64,000 nucleotides of DNA. Source: Convolutriloba macropyga. Taxonomy: Eukaryota. Below, piece by piece: positions 13,001-26,000 of the stretch (the stretch's first letter is position 1; each line of letters begins with the position of its first letter). The DNA lies in the NCBI RefSeq assembly GCF_964194025.1, contig NC_134480.1, positions 11,966,001-12,030,000 of the forward strand. Direction: 5' to 3'. Below the pieces are notes generated by a model. It ran no database searches, was not told the origin of the DNA, and saw only the letters and a list, made by a program, of their open reading frames with translations. The position numbers and the translations under genes are program-made.

Positions 13001-14699
13001 AAAGCCAAAACTTCACAACCAATTTTACAACATCACAGTGTTCAAGGCACTGTATCAATAATATGTTGTCTGCAGGAACTATAAATCATCACTTGCTTTT
13101 CATCTGAACATCAACTGGTCTTCCCTATAAAGTGACTATATATGACAATGAAACCCAAAAATTGAACAGTATAGGAATGTCAAAATTTTTTTATGAAACT
13201 AAGAGGTTGACATCATCTGTCAAGAGAATTATGTTTGAAACAAAAAAACAGTTGAGACTCCTTTTCAGTGAGATTGAGTTGCATGGTGACACAAATCCAA
13301 GCAACAATGAGCCGTTTGAAAAAGTCTTTTTTTAAAGATAAATTGCAAGCAACTAAGACAGATAGTTAATAACTGAAATCTTTAAATATTTTCAGTTATA
13401 GGTCATGTGACTTGTCACTATCAAGTAATTGTCCCAGAACAGCAAAAGGAAAGATGAACATAGGAAAAAATAAATAAATAATTAAGTTTTGCGAGAGAAC
13501 CATGCCTAAGCCCAAAAGCAAAAATTTTTGAACAAAAACAGTAAAAATATTCGCTTTTTTTGGTCTTTCTTCAACACTTTGCATTTTCTTATTTTTTTCT
13601 TTCATTTTGACCTGTCAATAATGTGATAATGTGTAATTTGACAGGGAAACAAATTGAACTTATAAAATGTGCAATTATGCTCAAATTTAAAAAAAACTTT
13701 GACAACATAGTATCAAAACCAAGAAACAATTAATTAATTATAGAACCATTACAGACATTAAATAACTCTCAGAAAATGGTTTTTTCTGTTTTTATCGAGA
13801 CTACCTCAGAAATTGAGAGAAATAAGATAAAATTTCAAAAATTCATCAATATTTTCTTAAAACGAGATTGTTCAAATTCATAAGAGACATTAGATAACAT
13901 ATTAAAGCATAGTCTAGGATCGCTTAGTGCACTTTAAAAAACCAATTGGATCTTTGCTTGTGCATACTAAGTCATTGGACTACAATATGAATAATAAATG
14001 AAAGCAAAACATAAGAAGTTCATAAATTTTTAAGGAAAACAATTGGGATCAGCCATAAAAATAAAGAGCTAAAGTCTTAGATCATAATATATGATCGTGG
14101 TACTTATTTTTTACATAGTATCTGCAAATAAGTTCAATTTGAAATTCTTGTAAGTAGTTTTTATTAAAAACCAGAATTTTCAGAAATTCAGTGAAAAAAA
14201 ATGCCGCGCCGCAATAAAACTACCTTAACGTAAGGATCCATTGTAACATCAAGATCAGCACTGATATTGCTTATTGTCTTAAAAAATTTAAAATTGTTTT
14301 AATGTTTGCCAAATGTATCAATTTTAAACAAAATTTTTCAGAAAATCAAAAATAAATATTGCATTTTGTAAAATTATCGATTTTAAATTGGCGAAAAACT
14401 GGCAAAATTATTATTCCAGAAAACTCTCAAAGCCAGCATGAGTACAACTTGCTCTCTTTTACAAAGAACATGAACGCAGTTTTAATGTGTTTACTTCCAA
14501 CAAATTTAAAGAAAGTGGCTAAAAAAGCATAATTGTTCCCACTTTTGACCGAAAAATTTGAATTTCGAAGAATTAAGCACGAATTCTAGTAAAAAAAAAT
14601 TAGATCGAACAATTCAGCAACCTTCCTTTGAAGATAAAATCAATAACACTATCGTTATAAAATTTATCAAAATTTAGCAAAATTGATGAAATTTTGGTC

Positions 14700-14986
14700 A
14701 GAAATAGGAAAAATGTTAAATAAAAAATAGGGAATATCGTCTACTATTCACAAAATTTTAAACCTAAATAAATCCCAGTAAAACTCGAAAACCAAAAAAA
14801 TCTTTACAATTCCATATTCTACGCTGGAGGGTCTTTCTAATGATACCACTCACAACTGATTATATCGATCCATGATTATATCGATCGACCATGATTATAT
14901 CGATCGGCCAAAATTGACTGAATAAAAAAAGTAAACCCATTTGAGGTTAAAGTTCCTCCCCTCCCTAAAAGTAGGTCGGAACACTA
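14700..14986 (+). repeat. Dispersed repeat (transposon end)
   Basis: CTACGCTGG...TAATGATACCACTCACA...GTTCCTC...GGTCGGAACACTA; reverse-complement copies at ~51750-51960 and ~53905-54150. Confidence 0.7.
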
Positions 14987-15464
14987 ATCGATTGATAAGG
15001 ATGAGCGCAATTGATCAAAAAGAAACTACAAACGCAGATCACCAAAAAAATAAACAACCTTCCTACCAGATAGTGCCTCATGTCAAGTTTTCGTTTAAAA
15101 TTTACCACAATCAATAAGAAAAAAGTGCACTAAAAAAATTGAAAACTACATTTTTGTTAAATATTTGATTCCAAAAATTTTTACCAAAACACAGAACCGG
15201 AGTTTGTCTTCTCATACTCGTATTCTGTATTAAAGTATGACATGATCTTTTTCAAAATTATGTTGTCCTGCTTTTGGACTGTTTTTGTTTTCTAACGATT
15301 TGTCTGACAAATAATTAAATATTTGTAGAAAAGTAAATTCAAGCCGATGGATCAGTTTCAATTAAAACTAACTGCCTCTTATATCAAAGCTTCAAAAAAC
15401 TTTTGCAAAATTGAACAGGATTGAACACAATCCTATCACTGCCAAACAAAAAATAACAAAAAAT

Positions 15465-16195
15465 CTGTAATCTAATACCGACGGCTATCTTGCAAGCTCT
15501 TGCAAGAATCTTGCAACACTCTTGTAAGATTGTGCACCATCTTGCAAGATTTTGCATGATCCTTGCAAGATCTCGCAAGATAGCCGTCGGATATGCAAGA
15601 ATCTTGCAAGATAAGCGTCGGTCTTGTAAGATTCTTGCAAGATAGGCGTCGAATTCTTGCAAGATTCTTGCAAGAAAAGCGTCAAAATCTTGCAAGAATC
15701 TTGCAAGAAAAGCGTCTGATTTTTGCAAGGGGCTTGCAAGATATGCGACGAATTCTTGCAAGGCCCTAGCAAAATGGGCGTCCGCAAATCTAGTCTTAGC
15801 CTCAGCGCAGGCCTTTTTGGCTTGTTGTGAACAGATTGAATCATTGAAACGATCATTAAACAATTTTTCCGGAAATGAGTTTTTCAAATTTGTTTTTGAA
15901 TGCAGAAGTGATATGGAAGTTTCTGTTTTGATCAGAGAGCTCCTTTCGACGGTCTGAACTCATAAGAGAAAGTGATCTTTCTGTTGAGAGGACTTTAAAA
16001 TTTTAATTTTTTCAAGAACTTTTTTCGACGTCTATCTTGCAAGATCTTGCAAGGTTCTTGCAAGATAGGTGTCCATATCATGCATCTTGCAAGAAAAGCG
16101 TCATTTGCAAAAATCCTGCAATATCTTGCAAGATAAGCGTCATCTGCAAGAATCTTGCAAGATCTTGTAAGATAATTGTCGGAGTTCGACTAGGG
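15465..16195. mobile_element. Foldback/MITE with ~50-bp imperfect TIRs and subterminal arrays of the palindrome TCTTGCAAGA
   Basis: Left CTGTAATCTAATACCGACGGCTATCTTGCAAG mirrors the right end ...GATAATTGTCGGAGTTCGACTAGGG; many CTTGCAAG copies in 15490-15765 and 16035-16170. Confidence 0.8.
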
Positions 16196-19100
16196 TGGAA
16201 ACTAAAAGCCATTGTTCAATCACAACAAATCAATATCTTGAGTTTAACGCTACCTTTACATGCCTCAAAGTATTTTGTTTGCAAAAAAACATTCAGAGAA
16301 AAGTTCAGAGAAAGAAGAAACAACCAATAACCTGAGAACAAGCTTAGAATGGCTTCTTCGAGGAACATTTTTATATTAAGTATTGATTTCAATACAGAAT
16401 TAAGGAATACATTTAGAACTATCAATGCAGTTTGAAAACTGCTTGGGACGCAGCAATGAATGCTTGACTGATTTTTTGTGCGGAAAAATTCCTGAACTCT
16501 AGGTTTGTGTCAATGATCAAAAAAATGAAAACAGATAGTGGGGGTAAGATGCGTTTGTGATTGCAAACTACGATTATTGGAGTGTTAAAGTATGCCTATA
16601 TTAACAAGATTACTAAATAATGTTAATGAGCCATTGACTGATCATGGGTCAGTTTTAGCACTCATCGTTTCTTCATCAACGAGCTGTTTTTTTATTCAGT
16701 GATGAAGATTTTTAGGCAGTCAAGCAGTATATGCCCATTCGCATAGCCTGCACTATAATACAAGCGCCTCCTAGTAACGTTTAAATTCTTTGCAATTTGA
16801 GCAAAAATTATTTTTACTCCTTAACTGGACCTTTAGACCGCAAGTATAGAAGGTCAACAGAGTTCACAAGTTTCGACCCAATGAATCTGCTACCATTTCT
16901 CATGATATATGGGTAACACCTGTCAATGCGTACAAAAATGGAATAAATTACCACGGTGGCTTCGGTTGGCAAAAAATGGAAACGTTTTTAAGAAAACGTT
17001 GAATGATTTCTTGCTCTCACAACATGAAAAAATTCCTTTGAATAGTAACGTAGGAGCTTTTAAAAGTTATTTTTATTTTTAGAAAGAAAACAATCGGAAG
17101 AAATTTTTATAATGTGATTCTTTAAGAAATTTGTTGATGTTTAATATTTTATTTTGTTTGAATGATTTAAAGTATTTTTGTTTCAAGTATATTCAACCGT
17201 ATGGTTATAATTTTAATTTACTTGTTGCAAAAAAAACACCTTTGGAATAGATGTAAATATCCCGTTTTACTGGGTATCTAAAAATTGTCCATACGTGTAA
17301 AAACTAATAATGTTCTTATTAAGGCACCTTCTTGAGAAGTAATTGATGAGTAAATTGAGAAGAGATTTTTTGAGAACAAAAATTAAAAATTTCTGTCTGG
17401 AAACGCATTCGGGGTTAATGACATTCAGAGTGAAGACCTGAAGTTTTGCTGCCCCTCCCCCTCCCCTTTATGAGGTAGATCTTGGTCTTGGTTATGTGCT
17501 GGATTGTAGTTATTTGCCCGGATCTTCAAACATGTTGATTGCTTGTGCCAAATATGGAGTACTCAAAATTTTACCTATAAGCTCAGAATTAAAGTTTAAA
17601 AGAACGAATGCATCCTTAACAATGCAAGACATCTGAGAACTGCAAACAATCACAACTTATAATAGCATACATTATGTCTTGCATCTTGTGTTTTGTATAA
17701 TGGTAATATTCATTGTTTGTGAATTTGACTTGATCTTGTTCATAAACATAAGAAATGCCAAGCCCCCGAGACATACTATACCACTAAACCGCTGAGATGT
17801 AGAGGAACAAAAGTTGTTTACTCTTTGAGTTAGCATCAACAAACAAACAAACAAACAAACAAACAATGCCAAATATTTGAACTAGGAAGCCCATTTTCTG
17901 AGCTGGTGCTGGCATTGCAGTTTCAACAAAGGTGAGAAAATTCCAATTGTTGAATTCTTTCTTGTAGGAAAACCAATTGTTGTAATTTCCGATTCTTCAA
18001 AATTTTCTCAAGTTGAGGCTTGAATTTTTTTCTTATTTTTTTCGTGTAATCTATGTTTCTGTGTGAACATAAGTGAAACATGTGTGAACATTTCATGGGT
18101 CGAACATAAGTCTTTTCATATGCACTTTGAGTTGAGCACAATCTTTTCGTTTTTCAAGAAATAGCATTTCAATAGTCGCGCTAAGAACACTTTATCGGTG
18201 GAGACTGACATTTTCCCGAGTGTGTTTTGAAAATCTGGCAAGTTTTAAATTAATAGTTTTTTTTGCTTCTGTTCAAAACGAAGCAGAAACGATTAAATAG
18301 CATTACACCAGAAGAATCCAAAGATAGTTAGAAATATCCCATATAATATTTCGAAATCCGGATTCGTTAAATAAAATAGGTGTCACAATTGTATTATATT
18401 GCCATAATAATTGACTAATGGAAATAGGTAGCTGAAATGTTATAGTCTTCTTCCCATTAGCCATGATGAAATTGTGACATTTTGCACATTTTCCTCTCCA
18501 AAAAGATAAAACATTGGTTTCATAAAAGATTGTAGATTTTGATTTATATGCAGTTCTGCAGAGCTGCAACAGTTGAAGGAGCATACAGGCTCGCTACGTT
18601 CTAAGCATAGGTGAGCAAAAAAATTTGAAACTTTTTTAGCCATACAAACGCTGATTCATTGAACAACTTTTCCTAGACTGGTTATTTTTCAATAGTTCCA
18701 CTTAAATTTTGTAATTCAATTTTTTGGGTCAAAAAAGTCGATCTTAACCTTTTGTGTCTAGCAGAAATTCAGTGTGAGCAGTTAGTTTCAAACAACAAAG
18801 AAATTTATTCTAAATTGAGTTTAATTCAGCTCATATTATAATTGTGCCTAACATGGTCTTTTCATATCCCACTTTGGTTGTGAACTGTCTTTTTCTAATT
18901 CAAGATCTAAACCTGTTTCTATATCAAAACCACTGTCCTCGTTTTGATTATTTCATCAAATTTAAGTCATCTGATTGTCTTTTTTATCAGGCAAATTATT
19001 TCATGCCTTCATTCCCCAGTGATCCCTAAAAAATTATCAAGTAAGATCTGATAGACTGCCTCCAAAAGTTATGCTGATAGCCAGCAAAGCGAGTCATATT

Positions 19101-22100
19101 CCTTTTTTCGTAATTTTTCTCTTTTTTTATATAAAATCAGTAAATTTTAAAATTTGAGGCATATCTGCAGCTTATCCAATTGGCTCAAAAAATGATAGGT
19201 ATATGTATTTTCCCAGGATTAGCAGTCTATACTGGATAAATATACAAGATTTTTAAAACCTGTCTATCATCTTCGAGGGATTTATCTTTACTTTTTTAAA
19301 CACATTTATTCAAAATGTCTCTCCAGCAAAACTGTGTATTTTTTTAGACATTTTTAGTATTGGTTAGTACTACTAATCTTTGAATTTCATTTTTAGCTAA
19401 GTGAGAAAATAATCAATTATCTATACGGGATAAACATACAAGATTTTTCAAAACTGTCTATCACACTTTCAAGAGATTTATCCTTAATTTTAAACGCACT
19501 TATACAAAATGTCTCTCCAAAGACAACTATAAGATTGTAGACAAATGTAACACCAAAAATTAGCGCTCAGAAAGAAATTCTAGATATTTAAGGTCATCCA
19601 AAATGAAGGTCTATGATTCCTTTCAAAAAAATTAATTTGTTCTGTTTTTTGACGTACCTAATTACAATATGCAGTCCAATTGACGTTGAATGAAATACAA
19701 GCAAAACACGTGAGTCTGGCAGTGTTTTTAACACCAAATTTTTCAGGATACTGTAGTCCTGGAATATATCATTTTGCGAGTCATTATGCAACAATTTGAT
19801 CACTATTAGAGCACAACAGGACAGCTGAAGTCAATTAAAAAATAGTTAGAACTTTGCAACAAAAATTTGTTCAGGTGCCCTAGCAGTTCAAACTTTCACT
19901 TCCTCTAAATTTTTAAAAGAACAAGAACTATTAACTAAAATTGATACTTCACAAACAAGAGTACAAATCTGACTGTACAAAAACAAAAATTTAAGCAGCA
20001 TTTACTTCGGATCTCAATACGATGTTCTCCATTCCTGTTCGTTTGATATGGTTTTTTTAAATCTTACAATTCAAAAGGTTAAAAGACTAAACTTTTAAAA
20101 AATTAAAAGGTTAAAGAATTAAACTTACAACGTCATATCATAGTTTACCAAAAACATCTGCTAGGCAAAATTCAAAATGAATATTTAGATCCAATTAGCT
20201 TTGCTACTTTATGGAAAATTTTTGCTGAATAACCTCTAATGATGTAACAAAAAAAATACTGAAAAATTTCATGCTAGTTTTGTTGGTACAACAAAACTGT
20301 TTAAACTATTATACATTTTTAGTGTTGGCTAATACTATTATTCTTTGGGTTTTATTTTTTTAGCTAATTATGAAAATAATCAAAAACACATATCTTTGTC
20401 TTTGAAAAATATTTTTAACGTTTTACGTTTAAAACCTTTAGTAATTAACAGCAATTCGTTCCCTTAAATCATTCTAATGTTTTCAGCTATGAGTTTTAAT
20501 CATAGATTTCTCAATTATTCAGTCAATTTGGATACAAAGCAAATTTTTTAATATTAAATTGCGTTCCAATTAGGTTTCACTAAAAAACAAAATAAGGTGC
20601 ACCATAAAGAATATTTGCCTTACGTTGTCAAACAGTAACTGATTTTGTTTCATTTTAATTCGTTATCTGAGATCTTCATTTCTAAAGTTTCTACATTTAT
20701 GTATCAACTTCTTTTTTTGAAAGTTTATGTAGTGAATCATAAATACCTTAACCCAGAATGACAATACTACAAGCTTTGATAAGAATTACAACCAATTGTA
20801 TTGCGCGCAAAATGTTGAAAAAAATGTTGCCATAAATTTCAAGTTTTCTCTCTGCTCCATTTTAAATTCTGTTTTTTCGGGTTTTTCGTTGTCAATTTGA
20901 TAAAACTTAATTCTTAATTTGATTAGGTATTAGCTTTTAAATATTGAAGTGGCTTTTGCTTTTGTCACAGTTTTTCCAATGTGTTTTTTACCCTAGTACC
21001 TTGTTTGCATCATTTGTTTTCAAAACTTGATTATGCTTCAATTAATAGAAAAATTTAGTTTTAAGCTTTTCCGTGATTTTTATTGTTCATTTTTGCAAAA
21101 AAAGATTGGACCAGAATTTATTGCCATAATTCTCAAAATGTGCATTAAACTGTCAAAAGCAAGAAAAATGACTGTTGAACAAAATATTGATTTTTAAAGT
21201 TTATTTTAGGCTATAGTTTTTAAATATGAAGTTTTGGTTAAAATATTTCGAAATTAGCCAAATGTTGTACACCTGGCTCCATACTCAACAGTTATTCAAA
21301 CATTGAATTCTGTGCAATTTAAAATTTTAAAACTTTAATTTTTAAACAAAATTTTGAACGAATCAGGCAAAAATATATGTTGAATTTTGCACAAAACTAC
21401 ACAATGGCCAAAAATGTGAACAAATTTAGGGAAAATTAGTCAAAGGATAAACCTCAAGTATATCGAAATTCGAACATTCTTTTAAATTAAACAGTCTAAG
21501 CTGAACTGTTTTTCCAGCAATACAGAATTATAAGCCCTTGAGCGAAATATATCGATGAGAAAGAAACAGTTGAGCATATAGTTCATCCCCCACGAAAACG
21601 TTCGTTATAATTAAATTCAACTGGGATTTAAACTAAAACACCAACTTAACGTTGACTTAATAAGCTAAAAATTCATTGACACGATTTAAATTGCGAGCAA
21701 TTATAGCTGCCGAGAAATATCAAAAACTCAATTTTTTTGTTATAAACAAAATTTTTATAATGGTTACGATAGCTCATTCTTTCAATTAATAAGTAAGTCA
21801 TTGCAGACTTTCATGAGTGATATGACATCCAAAATTTTAAATTATGCTAATTTCTTACCAAAATTTGTAATCCGAGATCTTGTTATGCCTACCAAAGAAC
21901 TCAGCATTGGCGTTCAGTTAGAAAAAACGCATCATGTTTATCTCTGTTCAGCATGTTTATCTATGTTTATCTTATCATTTTTTATATACAACAGCCCGAT
22001 ACTTAAGGAAGATAAAAATTTGATATTTTTGAACTTTGGAAACGGTGTGAAACAAGTACTTCACAAGTTGAGGTGCGCAACTCAAGTCAACTCTGGTTAG

Positions 22101-22947
22101 ACCGACTTGGGTTGCTAACAGTGAGGTAAAGAGCGACCCAGTGAAAGAGTTTAGCACAAACTCTACGGTCCGGAAAGTCTGATCAGAAGCCCTCCAGAGA
22201 CTGGATAGTCTGTTCAGATCAGGGTCTATGGTCTAGATAGTCTTGTAGTATGGTCTGGATAGTCTGAACAGAACTATTTTGGAAGTCTGTACGATCTGAT
22301 CAGGGCCCGTTAATGAGTCAGATTAGTGTGATCATAACCAAGAGGACCGGCTGAATAAAAAAAGCTAACTCCCCGAAATAGATGTTCCCATTAACCCCAA
22401 GGAGACTATTTCTTGAACAGCAGTTTTCATTTATAGTTGAACAGCAGCACAGACCAAGCTAGAGTCTACTTTTTGTTTGATACTGTTAAAACGAAATTTT
22501 CATTTGTTAGTAAATAATATTTTTTAATGAAGAAATCAGAAACCGTGTTTACAAAGTAACGTCTACCAAAAAAACAGCAGCTTAGAAACGCAGCTAATAA
22601 ACCTAACAACATTTCAATTGACTACGAAGAGGAAGCTCATCCCATGTAGCAATATTTTGTCACTGCAGTTAGATTTATTGAAATAAAATCTAATTCTTTG
22701 CTCTCGGGCTATGTCTGTCAGATAGGTATCATAGGTCTGTCCTGTTGGTTCTGGCCCAGGATGACCAAAGTCTGTTCAGACTGGCCTACAACGGACACTT
22801 TGTTTTTTCGGTTTGGACCCCTCTGTCCCAATTTTGCCTGGTCCATACCTCTTTTGAGTCGATGACGTCCTCATCTTGGTTATAATACCCGTGTTGTTTC
22901 AGTTCTTGATCAACCTAGACAAACTAATAATCTTAACAATCACAACT

Positions 22948-23080
22948 ATGGCCAATCGTGAGTCCGGATATGGAGATCTGGCCGAGAGACAGGCCAAGAT
23001 AGAGAGCAAATATGACATTGAAGTGGAGCAGCAAGTCAGAATCTGGATGGAAATGGTCACTGGACAACCAGTGGTATCTT
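22948..23080 (+). CDS. Paralog 2 coding exon 1
   Basis: ATG at 22948; same 133-nt length as paralog 1 exon 1; GTAAGT donor at 23081. Confidence 0.9.
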
Positions 23081-26000
23081 GTAAGTATTTGCAAGTTTAC
23101 TTTATTGATTTGAACGAAAGGAGTACAGTCGTACAGGAAGTTTAATTGATAAATTCAAAAAAAAGAAACTGAAGAAAAGACAAAAAAAATATTAACCATA
23201 AAAATTTCATGTTATGAGGCAGCAGCATCATAAAAAGAGGCATCATAAAAATTCTAAGTATTTTAATTGACTCCAAACGTTTATGACTTTGCATTATGGC
23301 AGCACCATGAAACAAATGTTCATAGATGATCTAAAATTTGTTTTAACCTGTTAGAATAATGATCAAACTATAGTCATGAACTTAGTGAGAATTAATAGAA
23401 AGAAAGTTTAACTTACCAGATTACCAAGACAGGAGCAAATTGATTTTATAGAAAATGTCTATATAAAGGAATCGTCAAAAATGGTGCTTAAAATCAATAT
23501 TTGGTTCAAATTGGTGAATCTAGATAACTAATATTAGAGTGAGATTATTTGATGTAAAATCTTCCCAGCATGTATTGAATTATTATGATACCACCAGTAA
23601 TGTGAGCGAAGTCCTAGAAAAGTGTAAATGCATACCATCTATGGTACCCCCTGCGACTGATTTCTGGGAAATTTGCGAGAGCAAACCATATCGGGTAAAC
23701 CTTGCGACCCCCACTGTAAATCATGGTGCTAAGATTAGTTTTGTATCTTGATTATCTTGCGCTGATAAATGGTATATACAGCTGATTTTTGAGCCTTTTT
23801 TCGTCCCCAAAATCAAATCACCATCTTGATCTAATAATCAGATCTCTCCTGTAAATCTCTAAATTCTACTGTAAAATATGATATTTGTTATTCTCTCAAT
23901 TTGAGAAATTATTTTTTCTACTTAGTTGAAAAACGCCTTTTATTCCGCTTGCGAACACCCATAACCTAACATAACCTATATAAGCTTTTAAACTCTGAGA
24001 GCAAGCCTGGTGTCCATTATCGCGAATGGGGGTATAAAGCATATTCGTGAATAGGTCTTTCTTTCACATTATATGGCTTTACAAATGCAATTTCACAAGA
24101 CTTTTCTTTACTTATTCCTAGGCAAATGTTTTCAGAACTATTGAGGTCGAGATACTTTTCTTAAACAACAAGACGAGAACTGGAAAAGAGTTAAAATTTG
24201 CGTGCACTCACTCATTATGCACGATTCTGATTTAACGTTAAATCAATTTTTATTCATTAATTTTAAAGAGGTGTGCACAAACGAAATGTTTTTCAAAACG
24301 ATTTTTTATTGACAAAAACTAATCGCTAAATGACGAATTTCTTGACTAAGTATTTTTATAACAAAATATTTTTTCAAAAAGGTCATTTTGAAAAATTCAT
24401 TTTTTTTCTGTTTTAACTCCCTTGCATACATAAATTATTTTCCTCAAAAATGATTTAGCACCTAACTTAAAATTTGACGTGCACTGGATTTGAAAAAAAA
24501 AATAGCAGCTCGATTCAATACTGCAGTCGTAGTTGGCTACACAATATGGGTGTCATCATGAACCTTTAATTGAAAAGTTTTGTAGTTCTTAGGTATTCAG
24601 CAGGAATAAATCACTCTAATCTAACTCGAGTAATTGAGAACAACAACAATTACTCTGAGCGTTAAATAAAAAATTAAGCTTCTCGAAAAATATCGAACTT
24701 TCAGATTTTTGTAACGTACGAAAAAGAATTTATAGTCCCTATGAGGTCCTATTAGCAAAACAAACCCCATATTTGGCATTTTTGAACTTAATTCACCTGG
24801 TGTGTTGTATTTTGACTTCACAGGGTTCTAAACCTTCTCTTAAATAGATCCTCAAAAGTTATTTTCAAAGAATTCATTGTTTACAAAAATGACACTCTTA
24901 AAATCAGTGACGCTCTTAAAATCCTGTCTTTTTTTCAATCTTTTTTGATTTATTTCAAATGAAAAAGTATCTCCCCAGCCCCAGCTTAGTGGGAATATAT
25001 CTCTTAATCCCCATTAGCACAACCTGCGCGCCCCTCTCTTTTACATTGTAAATTGCTATACAAATTTGAACAAATTGGGCTTTTGCGATATGAAACGACA
25101 TTTTTCTCGATTCACGCTCTGCACTTCAAACACGTGTTGAACAATTAAACATTTTCTCTTACAAAAATCGAAAGTTTTAAGTTGAAATGAAATTATCTTG
25201 TTTCGGTATTAAAATGGACTTTTGTTTAATGTTAAAGATCATATTGAGGAAAAACTACGCTAGTGGTGTTTTTCTTTCCTCTTTTTTGAATCCTCTGTTT
25301 TTGGCATCAAAAATATATAAAGATTTGTGAATTTGAGTTACAACGCAGTAGGAATTTGACTGAAAATTTGTTGTCTAAAACGGAATAACACAACTAAACA
25401 AAATAAACGAAAACAGAACAAATGAAATAGAACTACAGATGCTTTAAAAATGAATAGGGAAAAGAAAAAATTTTGTTTGATTAAAACTTGTAGGTCCATG
25501 TAAACTGAGATAGGGGTCACAAGAGCTTCAAAAACAAAAAACAGGCAGTTTTTGATCTCCTTTGTAAAGAAGTCTTTTGTGCAAATTTAAGTTTTGTTCA
25601 CAAAAAATCCAAAAAAGAGACACCTTTTTCAAGATTTCCTGTAACTCATCAGCTTACTTGTATTTACTCATGATATCCAATGGAAATCATCAAAATATAC
25701 AAAATTTTGAAAAAGTCTGAAAGTTTAGCTTGCTCCAAAAACGAGAGGACTTCAATTACAAGAATTTTACACACACAAACACACGCGCACACGCACATGT
25801 CCAAAAACGTTAAAGCATCAAGAAACCCAACGATTGAAACAACATATAAATCTTGATCATATAACTTTTTTTGTTTCAATTTGCTGGAGTAAAGTTTTTC
25901 AGTTATTCTGAAATGACAGAAAATCTGTCTAATTTGAGGTTTATCAGTTAAGTTGCAACATTGAGCTTTCAAGTTGTTGAGTATTTTTTTAAAAATAATT

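Noticed and set aside
15384-16330. ORFs of 167, 123 and 97 aa
   Set aside because: Translations of the TCTTGCAAGA repeat array, not genes.
16600-19050. Minus-strand coding-like patches faintly resembling a piggyBac transposase (YLWILLV*CY, YKL*LFA)
   Set aside because: Many stops and no secure catalytic motif; needs a frameshift-aware HMM search.
22876-22947. N-terminal extension of the paralog 2 ORF in the track
   Set aside because: Non-ATG start, crosses an acceptor-like TTTCAG, and is absent from paralog 1.
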